Shown one piece after another: positions 61,601 through 64,000 of a DNA stretch of 64,000 bases (position 1 is its first letter; each line of letters begins with the position of its first letter). Where the stretch lies: contig NIVC01001119.1 of NCBI GenBank assembly GCA_002269645.1, forward strand, positions 186,001-250,000. Reading direction: 5' to 3'. The notes beneath the pieces were generated by a model that had not been told where the DNA came from, did not search any database, and worked only from the letters and a program-made list of their open reading frames with translations. The position numbers were made by a program, and so were the translations under genes. The DNA is from Macrostomum lignano. Taxonomy: Eukaryota.

Positions 61601-62448
61601 TTAAAGGGCTGTTTAAGTACAGATTAGGGAATGGTTTAAAGGGCTGTTGAAGCCCAGATTAGGGAATGGTTAAAGGGCTGTTGAAGCACAGACTAGGGAA
61701 TGGTTTAAATGACGGTTCAAGTGTTAAAAGACTGTTTACTGTAAGCACATAGCAGATTTACTAATTCTAACCTAGCCTCCTTGCTCTTCAGCTGTTTAAC
61801 AGCCTGCCCAGCATCGAACACAATCTCGGTCATAACGCTACAATTATTCCGTCTCAACAGCTGCTCCAAATCTTTAGCAGTCGAAGCGAACACTTCCTCA
61901 TTGGAGCGCAGCACAAACACTCGAGTCCAGTTGTATCTCTGCAGCAGTTTCAATCGAGTCGGGTTGTTCAACGCAGCGCTGGGGTGGGTACGAAAAAATG
62001 TTGGAAATCTGCTGCGATCGGAGAGCGCTGGCGAACTGCTGCCGTAGGACAGCACAACCAAATTCCACATGTGAGCAGCCTGGGCTACGTAGGTAGACAC
62101 AGTTGAGCAGCCGGTGAGCAGGGTTACTACTCGGCTATTGTTGCTAGGGTGGTACAGCAGTTCGTACATCTTTCTGGCACCCAAGCCCGGATCGCATTGG
62201 CTGTCCTGGGGGTGCAGGACCAGGCGATAGTCTGGCAGGATGTCCGGGTGATCATTCACACTCTGCAGGGCCATCTCCACAGCTGGCCAGCAGGCGATAC
62301 CGCCAGCCCAGTCGCCAGACATTGGGAACAGGGCACCGATATGTAGAAGGTCCAACGGTTTTTCTCTCTGATTAGATGCCAGACAAAGACTAGCAGTGGA
62401 CAAGATCAGCGACCAGGTAAGACTCACAATACAACTGGATTGCCGCAT
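55611..62448 (-). CDS. GABBR1: Metabotropic GABA-B receptor subunit 1-like (class C GPCR), 8 exons, 883 aa
   Basis: Exons 62448-61772, 60798-60735, 60635-60450, 60022-59877, 59687-59129, 57510-57142, 56588-56328 and 56000-55611 total 2652 nt in frame. Signal peptide; Venus-flytrap motifs (CDPG, SYGSSSPALSDR..FPTFFRTHPS, RIIIGLF, AYDAVWALALA); 7TM; C-terminal coiled coil. Confidence 0.9.
56660..57105. repeat. 16-bp minisatellite (GACAGGTAGAGAGGCG), intronic
   Basis: GABA-B intron 6. Confidence 0.94.
57712..59050. repeat. 21-bp minisatellite (GACACTGACACAGCATCTAAA), about 63 copies, intronic
   Basis: GABA-B intron 5; source of the FRCCVSV and SLDAVSV pseudo-ORFs. Confidence 0.98.
60100..60435 (+). 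mobile_element. Truncated GA-tract hAT MITE family copy
   Basis: CTAGCGCATGACTACGGCCAGA, a GA tract of about 250 bp, then AAACCTTGAGCAGGCTGGATTGCTATTGTGAAG. Confidence 0.75.
60870..61710. repeat. 35-bp minisatellite (CAGATTAGGGAATGGTTTAAAGGGCTGTTTAAGTA), intronic
   Basis: GABA-B intron 1. Confidence 0.96.
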
Positions 62449-63344
62449 GGCAGATTTTTGTTTTACTGTTTACTTTTTTTGGAATTTTGTAGATGGCTGC
62501 AATTAATTGATACAATTAATATAGGAATCTATCTCTTTTTATAGTTCTATAGAGTATCATAGTAATAAAATATTCATATTAAAATTTAAACTCAGGTGCA
62601 AATCCAGAAAATTTTGAATGGGGCGCAGATTACTAAAGGTACATGTACAATATATATGTACATGATAATGTGTATTTTCAATATAAAACAAAAATTCAAA
62701 GTCGACTGGGGCGCATGCCCTGTGCATCTCCTTTCTCTAAATCTGCTACTGATTTGAGTTAAAAAAAAATTCAAAATACGATAAATCAGCTTTAAACTTT
62801 ATGACATTACAAATACTAAAAAAGTAAATTAGCAAAAAAACAATATAAATACCACTGAATATTTACTATTGATATATAGGATGGTTAAATTTAATAGGTT
62901 AACATAGAATTGATCTATTTTTAAATTTAGCATGAAAAGCTATGATAATTACAATAGCAAAATAAATGAATCTTTATTAGACTTCATTACAGGTATTAAA
63001 ACTAGCTAATTTTAAATTTAAATTTATTTGAAGCTAAACATTACACCAAACTAATGAATTTCTATGAATTTGGTTTTGTCTAGCTTCTATAGAAAATATA
63101 ATAAATTAGTCATAATTTAGTATTAAAACCCTCATTGTAATTTAGGAAAGCTTTTTATGGATTTAATTTATAATTTAAAGGCAAAAATAAGATAGACTGC
63201 TAGATTACCTATCATAAACTCAGAAATAAATTCTAAAGTGATACTTTACAGAATGTGTAATCTTTTGAAACTTTTTGGTCCTTGCTTTTTAGATACTTTT
63301 AAACAATAACCATCTGAGTGAGTTTGAAGCTATATAAAATTATT

Positions 63345-64000
63345 GGGCACTGCTTATCCCCACGGTACCGTAGGAATAATTTCTGTCTTATTCCAACGGT
63401 ACCGTGCGAATAATTTTCTGCTTATCCGCACGGCACACTGAGGAGATAGCTGCCCTATCTTCTACATATGCCGTGCGAATAATTTTCTGCTTATCCGCAC
63501 GGCACACTGACAAGATAGCTGCCCATCTTCTACATATGCCGTGCGAATAATTTTCTGCTTGTCCGCAATATGAATATGAATCATGCGAATTCACATCAAG
63601 GACGACTTAAGCAGAAGGACGGGAAACCTCGTTTCTTAGAAAAGTTTTGAAGGCACGAGGTTTCCCGTCCTTCTACTTAAGTCGTCCTTGATTCACATGA
63701 GTAGTAAAATTCTACGGAAGCGGCAATGGACTATATAAATCACGGCGAGATCAGATTAGACTTTGCTAAAAATTTAAATAATAAACAATTCTTAGAGTTA
63801 ATTTAATTTAAATCATTTGTTACTACACAAAAAATTCTTTCTCATAGAAAAAATCTTTATTTCTTTAGAACAAATGTTCAAGCCAAGTTATGTTGTTATA
63901 CTGCACTTAAATCGTATGTACTAAACTTGCCACAACACGGCATATGTAGAAGATAGGGCAGCTATCTCGTCAGTGTGCCGTGCGGATAAGCAGAAAATTA
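63345..64000. mobile_element. Foldback-like element: tandem subrepeats at 63345-63570 with an inverted copy at 63935-64000, continuing past the window
   Basis: The reverse complement of 63937-64000 matches TAATTTTCTGCTTATCCGCACGGCACACTGA.GAGATAGCTGCCCTATCTTCTACATATGCCGTG. Confidence 0.7.
63597..63690. mobile_element. 94-bp hairpin MITE
   Basis: 36-bp TIRs (35/36 identical, CAAGGACGACTTAAG...), 22-nt loop, perfect 8-bp TSD ATTCACAT (63589-63596, 63691-63698). Confidence 0.85.

Noticed and set aside
60870-61710. TTAGGG in each repeat unit, and CCCTAACCCTA at about 52688
   Set aside because: Isolated hexamers, not tandem telomeric arrays.

Overview
Eukaryotic, intron-containing animal DNA. The gene style and the private minisatellite in almost every intron suggest a free-living flatworm such as Macrostomum; this is inference and was not verified. 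I reconstructed 11 host genes from splice sites and reading frames. Minus strand: an SLC16/MCT-like MFS transporter, RPL18 and a GABA-B R1-like receptor. Plus strand: an LRR protein, TIMM9, two TM-type short tRNase Z paralogues, RCE1, CCS, ADAT3 and a DEG/ENaC channel. The RPL18 intron holds an intact DD37D (maT) Tc1/mariner transposon. The 9-22.8 kb block is AT-rich and gene-free, with decayed DNA transposons (hAT, Mutator/Merlin-type MITEs, a Merlin transposase relic) showing a CpG-deamination signature. The most notable signal is the co-directional run at 22.9-45.6 kb. Four of its ORFs begin exactly in frame after a 3' splice acceptor, and three have no usable ATG of their own. This fits SL trans-splicing with the leader's terminal AUG as start codon in an operon-like unit. 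ADAT3 is nested in sense orientation inside CCS intron 2. Many ORF-track entries are only translations of tandem repeats.
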